Below are positions 54,588 through 64,000 of a stretch of DNA of 64,000 nucleotides, in pieces; the first letter of the stretch is position 1; each line of letters starts with the position of its first letter. Under the pieces are notes generated by a model, which saw nothing but the letters and a program-made list of their open reading frames with translations, did no database searches and was not told the DNA's origin. Both the position numbers and the translations under genes were made by a program. The stretch is from Ministeria vibrans ATCC 50519 (taxonomy: Eukaryota; Protista; Filasterea). The stretch is taken from the NCBI GenBank assembly GCA_943704425.1, contig CALSCP010002121.1, positions 114,895-178,894 on the forward strand, in the 5' to 3' direction.

Positions 54588-55253
54588 CGAAAAAAAAAGA
54601 AAAAGAAGAAAAAAAGCGTGTATTCTTGGGATCAGGTTGTTTTATTATCTATTATTATTAAAAAAAGAAACCCCAAACAAAAGACTCTTGAATGAAAATA
54701 ATTATTATTGAAAACCAACAAAAGAAGAACAAGAAAAAAGAATAAAGTTCAAGGGTTTCAGAGGGGCTTAGCAGCAATGACACTTATCCCCTGATCAGTG
54801 GACATAACGCGATTGATCAGGTAACCCGGCCTCCGGTCTGAACGTGACTCACGTGAGCCGCAAACTGCGCCTGATTGTTGCTGCGTTCGCGCCCATAAAT
54901 ATTGGTCGTGATGGGGCAGTGGTTATCACTTCTAATCTCGCTGACTACTTAGCAAAATACATTAATTCAGAGACTATAGTCGGAGACTACAGACTACTAA
55001 CTCCCAAGGTAGTCAAACTGTAGTCTTGGCCACCCTTAATTATTTTGCGGGCCAACTGTGGCTCCTTCCTTGCGTTCTATGGCGAATCTATGGCCGTATT
55101 GAGTTCATAACTGAGGTGTTGTTTTGGAGATGTTTTGCAACAAGCAGGAAACAAGCAGTAACAAGGCGAGTTCACGTATATATTCACTCTCATAAGCGCC
55201 TGGCTCCACTCTCAGTTGATAACAAGTCTCTCTCCCCCGCTCGCTCCACCTTC

Positions 55254-58200
55254 CTACTGCCGGACGTACTCCACGCAGTATTCGGGGTAGGCCATGTGCC
55301 GATCGTACACAACGAACTCGCGAAACCTCTCCAAGTACGTGGCACGCGCGTCCTCGCGCTTGGATGGCGCCACAATACTGTCGCAGCGGTTGTCAACGCA
55401 CAAGTGTGGATCAAAGTGGCCCTTCACGCACGGGGGGCGCACGATGTTGCTGTTGCTCGCGTAGACCGTGTGCGGCTTGCCCACCACGACACGGCACACA
55501 AAAATGATTAAGCGTTGTCCACGGCAGTAGTGATCGCTCTTCGACGACCTAAAACAAAGGTGGTTATCAGTGCGTGAGAACAACGGCGTCCAAAAATCTC
55601 GTACTTCTCCGCAAAGTAGCAGCCCCGTCCAAACAAACCCGCATTAGACACACGCTCCTCAAATCCCTGTTGCTTGATCTGCTCAAAGAACAGCTCCTAA
55701 AACACGATAAAAGTATAACATTAATCATACGTTTTTCTTCTGTGCCTTACGCTCGTTCCGTGAAAGAGGTAATGCTCGCCCGCCTCCTGCATCAGTCGCT
55801 GACGTCCGTCCCACATCACCGAGTCCGTACGTACAGCTGGCGTCACCTGCAGCTGCCCCTTGCCTTTCCACTGGTCTGCCACTCGTTGTCGCTCCAGAGC
55901 GTACGTTCGCCACAGAAGCGGGTTCTCGATGCGGGTAGCTCGAGTCACCTTGAAACGCTGAAAGCGAACAGAATGACTGTCTCTGCCAACTCCGTGTGTG
56001 TCCGCCTCCGCCGTCTCATTCAGCAACCGCTCCAATCCCGCCTGAACTTCACTGCTCACGGCCATCTCCTTCATCATGGGTTGCTCGAGCGTTGTCAATG
56101 TCCAATGCAGTGGGGGCGACACCAGATGCTACAGAGTAGGATGAGACAAGAAAAAACGCGAACTATCCATCATACCTTGACCGACTTTTGCAGCTTCTCG
56201 ACGGCTTCACGGTCCTTGCGCACCTCTTCTATCTCTTTGCGCAGCCTCGCAGCCGATTCCTTGACCTGCGCCTCGTGTGCCTGCAATGTGCGTCGCGCCA
56301 CGTCGTCTTCCGCCTTGCTTGATTCGCGTTCGAGCACGAGCTCAGCCTCACGCGCTGCCTGCTCCTCTGCCGCGCGCTGCACACGCTCCTGCTCTTGGCG
56401 TAGCGCTTGTTGGCGCTCGCGAATCTCCGCAGCAACTTGTTCTGCCGCCACTGCCGCCTCACTCTGTTGCTGCTCCAGTGCAATTGTCTCTTGCGAAACG
56501 TCCGCCGAGAAGAAGTCGGCGGCCAGTGTGAGAGCAGCAGTCGGACGCCCGGCAGCGTCGTCGGTCACCAGCGTCTGAAGCACGCTCATCAGCGACACAT
56601 TGTCGGCGAGCACAGGAAGTGTTCGCTGCACTGAAAGCGTCTTCCCCGTCATGGTCCACAGAAGCGTCACGCCAAACGAGTACATGTCGACGGCAGGCGT
56701 AGGCTCTTGCGTGCCGCTGAGGAGCTCGGGCGCCATAAACTGCATTGTGCCTCGCGGTCCAGGCGCGGGTGCAGCAACCGTCGTCACCATCGTCATTGTG
56801 CGCCCACTCACGTCCAGACTCACATCAAAGTCGGCCAATACGGCCCGCGCCTGCTCCGACTCGCTTGTCATCAGCACGTTCTCAGGCTTCACGTCACAGT
56901 GAATGATTCCTTGCGNNNNNNNCCACTCACGTCCAGACTCACATCAAAGTCGGCCAATACGGCCCGCGCCTGCTCCGACTCGCTTGTCATCAGCACGTTC
57001 TCAGGCTTCACGTCACAGTGAATGATTCCTTGCGAGTGCACATACTAAAGCAGGTAAATAGTCAGATTTTACATTGTTCTCGTCCGCATTTTTCTTGCCT
57101 CAATCGCCGTCAGAGTCTCGCGCATGACCCAGCGACGGCGTGCAGAAGGGACCTCGACGCCACCGCCAGAAAGCCGCTCCAGCCAGGTTGGAAGTGATCC
57201 GCCCGCATAAAATGGCATCTCCATGTAGACGTTATCCTTGTGGGCAAAGCACACACCCACAGACACAACATGAGGGTGGCACAGGCGGCGTAAGCGATTG
57301 GCCTCCGAGACAAATGTCTTCAGAGCGTGCACTGAGAACTCCTTGAGCACACAGAGCTGCCCATCAAAAGACATGAGTCGCACCATGTGTGGCTTGCGTG
57401 CCAGAATTCTTTCCTGAAAGTACTCGTCGAGCGGTCGGTCTGCAAACAACTCGGTCCCTACCATAGCACGACCAAACTGCGCGAGCTCGGTGCTTCGGCA
57501 CAACACTTCAGGAAAGTGTCCTTGAGCAAGAGTAACGACACGGGAGATCTCGCGACGGAGCGAGCCCAACGTTGACTGCAGCTCCTTCTTGGACTCGGCA
57601 AGCTCTTGGATCAGGATCTCCTGCTCGGCCGGGTCGTCTTCGTTTTCGAGGTCGACTTTCGCATACCCTATGCGACGACGCAGCTTCTTGACTGTCGCAT
57701 TCAAAGCGTCGATCGTCGTCGTCTCGGGCGGTCCTTGCGCCTGTGCCCCCTTCACCTCCTTGAGAAGCAGCCCGTAGCGTTCCTGAGCGTCCAAGATCTC
57801 GGCAATGCGCGCGCAAAGTGTGGTAGCGACACCTCGAACAGTGTGCACCGCGTCCTGAACGGCAGCAGAAGGAAACTCACTCTGCATCTGAGATCGCCAT
57901 GTAGCGTCTCGCATGGCGTCAATGGCGGAGTGCAGCTCGAGAGAGGCGGCACAATGATGCTGAAGAAGCAGCTCGTTGGCGGCGGTACTCTTGCGCTGTG
58001 CTACTAGACTGCCAAAGTCGCAAATGAGGCGGCCCACCTTGCCACAGGCAGTCGTGATGTCATTGTTGCGCTTGTCAATAGCAGCGGACCACTGCGAGAC
58101 GGCAGTGACAGCAGCGTGCAACACCACAGACAGGGAAACGTTGTGTGAAGTGGTGCCATCATCGACTGTGACGGCTGCTGGGAAAGTAGCATTGTGTGAA

Positions 58201-59945
58201 GTGGTGCCATCATCGACTGTGGCGGCTGCTGGGAGAGTAGCAATAACATTGTGCACAACAGAGAGGAGATGCTCCAGGTCGGTGGACGCGACCGCGACAA
58301 GAAAACGATCCATAGCGGTGATGAATGCCTCTCGAAGACGGTCGCGCTCGTCAATGTCCGATTCACTGACAATGACAGTGGCGGGAGCGTCCTCAAAGGC
58401 CGTCTGGGCTGCGCGAAGGGCCGCCTCGGCATCGCTGCAGGTTACAAGGAGCGAGTCCGGCTCGTCAAGACCTCGCTCAAGGCGTTCCAGTGTGGGAGGA
58501 TCAAGCGAGAGCGAACGGAGGACGGCCAGATGCGACGCAACATCGGCACTGACGAGGTTGTCGGCCGTGGCGGACATAACGAGCTGATCGAGTCGATGGG
58601 CCGCGCGACCGAGCGTCACCAGCGGTGGCTCGTTCTCCAGTAGCTTTGCGTGAGTATGGTTGGCCTGGCGCTCCGACTGTGCAAATTCAATGCGATTTTC
58701 AAACACAACATGGCTGGGATTCTATGATGAGGTACCTCGAGAAGCTTTTGAGCGTCGTTCAATTCCTGGAAATAATACAATAAGGGGCGAGCTGAAACAT
58801 GAAAAGTAAAACTTACCGTCTCTAATTGAAGTCGCCGACTCGACGCGGTTTCGTTCTCCTAGAACAGATGATTTTTGGAAGAGTCAATGGAATGGTGTGG
58901 TACCTCAACGAGACGAAGCACTCTTTCCTCCAGTCGCTGTTGCTCCNNNNNNNNNNNNNNNNNNNNNNNNNNNNNNNNNNNNNNNNNNNNNNNNNNNNNN
59001 NNNNNNNNNNNNNNNNNNNNNNNNNNNNNNNNNNNNNNNNNNNNNNNNNNNNNNNNNNNNNNNNNNNNNNNNNNNNNNNNNNNNNNNNNNNNNNNNNNNN
59101 NNNNNNNNNNNNNNNNNNNNNNNNNNNNNNNNNNNNNNNNNNNNNNNNNNNNNNNNNNNNNNNNNNNNNNNNNNNNNNNNNNNNNNNNNNNNNNNNNNNN
59201 NNNNNNNNNNNNNNNNNNNNNNNNNNNNNNNNNNNNNNNNNNNNNNNNNNNNNNNNNNNNNNNNNNNNNNNNNNNNNNNNNNNNNNNNNNNNNNNNNNNN
59301 NNNNNNNNNNNNNNNNNNNNNNNNNNNNNNNNNNNNNNNNNNNNNNNNNNNNNNNNNNNNNNNNNNNNNNNNNNNNNNNNNNNNNNNNNNNNNNNNNNNN
59401 NNNNNNNNNNNNNNNNNNNNNNNNNNNNNNNNNNNNNNNNNNNNNNNNNNNNNNNNNNNNNNNNNNNNNNNNNNNNNNNNNNNNNNNNNNNNNNNNNNNN
59501 NNNNNNNNNNNNNNNNNNNNNNNNNNNNNNNNNNNNNNNNNNNTTTACTAGCACAGAGATTGTCGGGAGACGGCGAGAATCCCTCATTCCCCCAGTAAGT
59601 AATCTGCTCCAGGTGCTCACGCAACTCTAAAGTGGCTGCCGGGAGCGTCTTGAGGTCGCAGTTCCCGACGTCCAGAAGCTTCGTCCAGAACAAACAAAAA
59701 AAACAAAAAGAAGCGCCGGCCCGTGAGAAGTCCTCACCCTTCTCTTCCCCTTTCCATACCTTGAGCTTCTTGAACTGTCTAATCCAGTCGGGAATCATCC
59801 CAAGCGGGTTGCCTGTCAACAGCAATTCCTGTAGAGAGTCAGCAAGAACAAGAATTTCGTCCGGCAGAGAGGTGAGCCCCATCTCCCTTAGGTCCAAGGA
59901 ATGGGACGTCCGAGCCTCTTGAATGCGTTCCTGTAGCGAAAGCAT
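55254..59945 (-). CDS. LRR - coiled coil - protein kinase - coiled coil - PARP (tankyrase-like ART) multidomain protein; spans an assembly gap
   Basis: LRR LDLREMGLTSLP..LLLTGNPL; kinase VLKEF, HCDVKPENVL, DFD, GTMQFMAPE, DMYSFG; PARP YLFHGT, GFEERVSNAGLFGRGCYFAE, SSKSDHY, REFVVYD..YPEY. Joining the LRR across gap 58947-59543 is inferred. Confidence 0.78.
58141..58242. repeat. 51-bp in-frame tandem duplication within the kinase-PARP gene
   Basis: ttgtgtgaagtggtgccatcatcgactgtg..gtagca occurs twice, giving the 17-aa repeat ATxPAAxTVDDGTTSHN. Confidence 0.9.
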
Positions 59946-61547
59946 GCTTTTGTGACTAAGAAACAGAGAAAGATTGACTATTAACTATTAANNNNNNNCA
60001 TCTCCCTTAGGTCCAAGGAATGGGACGTCCGAGCCTCTTGAATGCGTTCCTGTAGCGAAAGCATGCTTTTGTGACTAAGAAACAGAGAAAGATTGACTAT
60101 TAACTATTAATTGACTTCAGACTTAAGTGTTTTTGAGCAATGAGCACACACCATGTATACCACCCTTACCATCAACCATCAACCTCTTCATCTCTTGTCT
60201 TCTGCTCCACCCACATCATCCACACCATTGACCTCGCGCAAACGTCCGTCTCCCTCCTACACGGCTCCACCCACATTAGCCGCAGCATCCGCCGCCCGCA
60301 AGCCTCCGTCTCCTGCTCCGCACACATCACCCACACCATCCACCGCCCGCAAAGAAACCGCAAACCTACGTCTCAAACCTACACTGCCTCTCTCACATCA
60401 ACCGCACCATCCACTGCCCGCAAACCTCTGTGTCCCTCCTCCCCTGCTCCACCCACATCACCACCCACATCACCACCCACATCAGCACCCGCATCAACCG
60501 CGCGCAAACCTTCGTCTCTCTCCTCGCCGACATCCTCTCCTCTGTCATCTCCCTCTCTTTCTCAAACAGAAGATGTTGTGGAAATAGGCTCGGCCAGGGG
60601 CGATGGGGTGCGTCGATTATCGCCCAGCTTCTTAACCGACGGGCATATTCTTCGTGGAAGCGACGATGAAGTGTGGTGGGGCACAGCGAGGACATACTCA
60701 ACACGAATGACTAAGCCAGCGCTATCTCAACATTAATTCCTTGTTAAAGGCGTTGAGCAGGGCCCACAAGAAGCAGCGCGTTGCAGTGGTCGCGCACTGG
60801 GTTCATGTCTGTGTGACTGAACAAAGAATGTATGTGCGAGTGTATCTCTGCCTGTTCGANNNNNNAAGGCGTTGAGCAGGGCCCACAAGAAGCAGCGCGT
60901 TGCAGTGGTCGCGCACTGGGTTCATGTCTGTGTGACTGAACAAAGAATGTATGTGCGAGTGTATCTCTGCCTGTTGTGTGTGGTGATGTGTGGCTAAAAA
61001 TACATTTTCTCTGTGTTCAAATGTTTTTCGCAAAACTAGTTTTATATCTGCGATTTTTCTTGGGAGAAAATCTTGATTTGACTGGCCTCCAACAACACAA
61101 ACCAGTTCAGGACTACAAGGCCTGGATCCAATTGGTTAACTGGTTTACAGGCCTGACCGAAGAACTGAACTAACAACCGGGTCTACTAGGAAAGCAAGTA
61201 ATGGATCGATTCACCTCGCGCGGGGCCTCGACCACGCGAGATTGAATCTCAAGTCAATAGAGTACCTAGGGTAAGATTATTTAATTACGGATTCCACTAG
61301 AGTACCATGTGAACCAATTTTATTATTCATAATTATATTATTAATGGTACATATATATACTTTTTAGTTAAAAAAAAATAACTGGTACACTCGGTACGCA
61401 AATCAGGGAAACTTCCAGAAATAAAGCAATAAATAATAACAGCAAATTTTTAGAAGTGTTTGATTTTGCCGTACCGGGCGTGCCAGCGAACCAAAGCGAA
61501 AGTTAGAATGCAAAGGCGGAAGCAAAGGCGTAGAGCGAAGGGGATGA

Positions 61548-61613
61548 GTTCAAGAAGGCCGCGTCCCACACTTTTTTTCCTTTTCTGGGGTATAGTATAG
61601 AATATCAAAAATG
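61548..61613 (+). promoter_or_regulatory. Conserved ~65-bp start-associated motif, copy 1
   Basis: gttcaagaaggccgcgtcccacactttttttccttttctggggtatagtatagaatatcaaaaATG, directly upstream of ORF 61611. Confidence 0.7.
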
Positions 61614-62072
61614 TGTAGTAGTTGTGTTTTAGGATTAGATAATTGCGAAATTTGTGACAAGTTCATGTGTACCTTCTGTTGCAAAGTACTGGAAGAGAAT
61701 GATGTGTACGACATTGATAAGTACTTTGATACACCAAAGCACATCGAACATAGAAATTCATGTGAGGAACCTGTATGGGCTGACGACGAAGACATATGTA
61801 TTGGTTGCCGAGATTTCTCAGATGAAAAATATGAGTTCACTACTTACAACGAGATGGTCACTGAGCCAAGGTTCAAGAACATGGCTGAAAAGGATATAAT
61901 ACACGAGACAGATGCCTATGTCATTATCAATTATGAAAATCGTTACAGGTTAGTGTTTTATAAACAAGTTCCTGCGAATAGGTTGGAAAAGGAAGAGCCT
62001 GAAGTGTTCTTACATGAACTAGACAAGGAAGAGAGAAGGAAAAAACTAAGAGCCACTAACATACCCAACTAA
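61611..62072 (+). CDS. Cys-rich orphan protein of the viral-like element
   Basis: 153-aa ORF with CxxC pairs (CSSC, CEIC, CTFC, CIGC). Confidence 0.65.
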   Translation: MCSSCVLGLDNCEICDKFMCTFCCKVLEENDVYDIDKYFDTPKHIEHRNSCEEPVWADDEDICIGCRDFSDEKYEFTTYNEMVTEPRFKNMAEKDIIHETDAYVIINYENRYRLVFYKQVPANRLEKEEPEVFLHELDKEERRKKLRATNIPN

Positions 62073-62182
62073 TATTAATTTCACCGCCAATTGTATAATG
62101 AGCTCCAAACCAGTTGTAGAAAAGAAGAAGAAACAACGGAAGAAAAAGCCATCCTTATACGATAAAATTGATAAAGAACTTG
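62037..62182 (+). repeat. 146-bp direct repeat, copy 1 (ORF1 3' end + integrase 5' end)
   Basis: Same sequence as 62623-62768; partly repeated again at 62867-62978 after the gap. Confidence 0.9.
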
Positions 62183-62246
62183 TTCAAGAAGGCCGCGTCC
62201 CACACTTTTTTTCTTTTCTGGGGTAGAGTATAGTATAGTAAAAATG
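62182..62246 (+). promoter_or_regulatory. Conserved ~65-bp start-associated motif, copy 2
   Basis: gttcaagaaggccgcgtcccacactttttttcttttctggggtagagtatagtatagtaaaaATG, directly upstream of ORF 62244. Confidence 0.7.
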
Positions 62247-62570
62247 GTAGCAGTAGATTTGGAACATCTTAAGCTTGATGGAGTTATTTACAAGATGGGA
62301 CGAATAATACACAATAACAAGACTGGGTTTCTCTGGATACATCCGGGAATTATGATGATAGATGGACAGCATGTAAATGCCAAAAGGGTAACTGAAATTG
62401 CAGGATACCGCCTTTTCAAATTAGAAAATATTACTGCTGATGGAGAGGTTACATTGACAACTAATGAAGACATAAGACGCCTTATTGTATTCAAATGTGA
62501 TATGGATTACAAACCAAAACAGGTTCAATATTTTTTGCAACAACTGCCCCTTATTAACGATGAAGAGTAG
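62244..62570 (+). CDS. Orphan protein of the viral-like element
   Basis: 108-aa intronless ORF downstream of the shared motif; no recognised family. Confidence 0.65.
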   Translation: MVAVDLEHLKLDGVIYKMGRIIHNNKTGFLWIHPGIMMIDGQHVNAKRVTEIAGYRLFKLENITADGEVTLTTNEDIRRLIVFKCDMDYKPKQVQYFLQQLPLINDEE

Positions 62571-62622
62571 CAGGGTTTAAGTGGCTTGCTACACTCTTTT
62601 ATTACCGCCTTCTTTACCTACT

Positions 62623-62768
62623 AGGAAAAAACTAAGAGCCACTAACATACCCAACTAATATTAATTTCACCGCCAATTGTATAATGAGCTCCAAACCAGT
62701 TGTAGAAAAGAAGAAGAAACAACGGAAGAAAAAGCCATCCTTATACGATAAAATTGATAAAGAACTTG
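62623..62768 (+). repeat. 146-bp direct repeat, copy 2
   Basis: Same sequence as 62037-62182. Confidence 0.9.
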
Positions 62769-62892
62769 GTNNNNNNNNNNNNNNNNNNNNNNNNNNNNNN
62801 NNNNNNNNNNNNNNNNNNNNNNNNNNNNNNNNNNNNNNNNNNNNNNNNNNNNNNNNNNNNNNNNNNATATTAATTTCACCGCCAATTGTATA

Positions 62893-63412
62893 ATGAGCTC
62901 CAAACCAGTTGTAGAAAAGAAGAAGAAACAACGGAAGAAAAAGCCATCCTTATACGATAAAATTGATAAAGAACTTGGTACATCCAGCGGTGACAACTCG
63001 CAGGTGAAGAACTTAACGACACCCATGAAGAAGGCAAAGGGGGAAAATGTAGCCCATTTCCAGCCTCCGACAAAGGATAATATAACCCATCAGGCAGATC
63101 TTATCCACTTATCGACCGACAATGGGTATAAATATGCCCTCGTTGTTAAAGATTTGAAATCAAAAAAGCTAGATGCTGAGCCATTGAAAAACAAAACTGC
63201 AAAGACAGTTGCAGGAGCATTAAAGAAAATTTACAGTCGCGAAACTCTCTCATGGCCCAAAATAATGCAGACAGATGGTGGAAAAGAGTTTAAAGATGCT
63301 TATAAGAAGCAGTTGGATGATAAAGGAATTATTCATAAAGTTGGAATACCTGGAAGGTCAAGTCAGACTGCCCTTGCCGAAAACGCTAATAAAACAATCG
63401 GGCATGCTGTTC
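62893..63412 (+). pseudogene. Retroviral-type (rve) DDE integrase, Polinton/virophage style, 3'-truncated by telomeric repeats
   Basis: HQADL (D1), YKYALVVKDLKSK, PLKNK, MQTDGGKEF (D2), ALAENANKTI (E, D-x34-E); reading runs into RVRVRV encoded by TTAGGG. Confidence 0.88.
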
Positions 63413-63448
63413 TTAGGGTTAGGGTTAGGGTTAGGGTTAGGGTTAGGG
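63413..63448 (+). repeat. Interstitial telomeric repeat (TTAGGG)6
   Basis: Six perfect TTAGGG units. Confidence 0.97.
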
Positions 63449-64000
63449 TCTGCTCTGTGACGTTTTGTTGGTGCGCGAAGAGTTTCACGCCAAGACGGAG
63501 GTTTTGCACGTCAAGGCACATGTGACGGATCGTGTTCGGACGCGTGAGGAGGAGTGGAACGAGCGTGCTGATGGGATTGCTCGCGGTGGTCTTGAGCGTT
63601 TGCGTGGCAATATGGAAGGGAACAATGAGTATTTGGCAGAGCTGGCAATGCGTTGGGACTGGTGTGCGTTACTGGGGTCGACGCCAATCAGTGGCGTGTG
63701 CATTCGCTTGGGTTGCGATGGCCGGCGCCGTCGAGTGGAGCGCGCGGATGCCGGAGCGGCCAATCAGGTGCCTGTTGATAGGGCTGGTGCTACTGCCGGT
63801 CTTGATTTGCAGGATCATAATGCAAAACGACTGTTGAAGGACGTGCAACGTGATCGACTGTGGCGTGCGATGTCGGGCCATGTGCACCAGGGCAAGGTCG
63901 TTCGGGAGTCTGGTCATGAGTGGGTCAGGAGTGTGACAAGTAAGGTGGAGTGGAACGTCCGTCGTTTTCTTGTGCGTCTATGCTGTGGTCGATTGCCATG
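63449..64000 (+). mobile_element. 5'-truncated RNase H-bearing retroelement, probably non-LTR; continues beyond window
   Basis: Uninterrupted + frame (absent from ORF track because open-ended): LLCDVLLVREEFHAKTEVLHVKAH..WNERADGIAR (RNase H C-terminus), ending RRFLVRLCCGRLP. Confidence 0.75.

Larger units (their letters stand above)
61200..63412 (+). mobile_element. Fragment of Polinton/virophage-like endogenous DNA element (left boundary approximate)
   Basis: Abrupt shift to AT-rich, intronless, same-strand compact ORFs; rve integrase with no HHCC and no adjoining RT upstream; shared upstream motifs. Confidence 0.7.

Noticed and set aside
56804-57033. Apparent duplicated kinase catalytic-loop segment
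   Set aside because: Identical copies flank an N gap; assembly artifact, not evidence of pseudogenisation
58826-59630. Long ORFs made of X in the track
   Set aside because: Produced by the N gap
59879-60110. Duplicated LRR gene start
   Set aside because: Identical copies flank an N gap
60746-60975. ~110-bp tandem repeat
   Set aside because: Identical copies flank an N gap
62656-62980. Third copy of the integrase 5' block
   Set aside because: Copies straddle a ~96-N gap and probably represent one locus; only the 62037 versus 62623 repeat was kept
63485-63917. Short ORFs listed in the track at the window end
   Set aside because: Shadows of the open-ended RNase H frame

Overview
Gene-dense, intron-rich eukaryotic DNA with GT-AG introns, microsatellite-filled AT-rich introns and several N gaps. 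The gene set (IFT80, Na+/K+-ATPase alpha, INTS8, TXNDC12, a CARNS1-like gene, EGF-repeat proteins, TTAGGG repeats) points to a flagellated unicellular holozoan such as a choanoflagellate; this is inference. Positions 1-60 kb hold about 24 protein genes, many in head-to-head pairs, plus three tandem U27/snR74-type C/D snoRNAs in INTS8 3' introns. The last ~3 kb are an accessory zone. It holds an AT-rich Polinton/virophage-like fragment (two orphan ORFs sharing a ~65-bp upstream motif, and a DDE rve integrase) that is cut by (TTAGGG)6 and followed directly by a 5'-truncated RNase H-bearing retroelement. Best leads: (1) a convergent pair of membrane-anchored PhyH-type Fe/2OG enzymes, one HxD and one with the halogenase-type HxG; (2) the virus fragment / telomere repeat / retroelement junction and its repeat-flanked gene cassette; (3) an LRR-kinase-PARP gene; (4) a NuiA-like nuclease inhibitor; (5) a repeated ~120-aa domain inserted inside split EGF modules. 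All family calls come from motif recognition by eye, not database searches, and exon boundaries are approximate.
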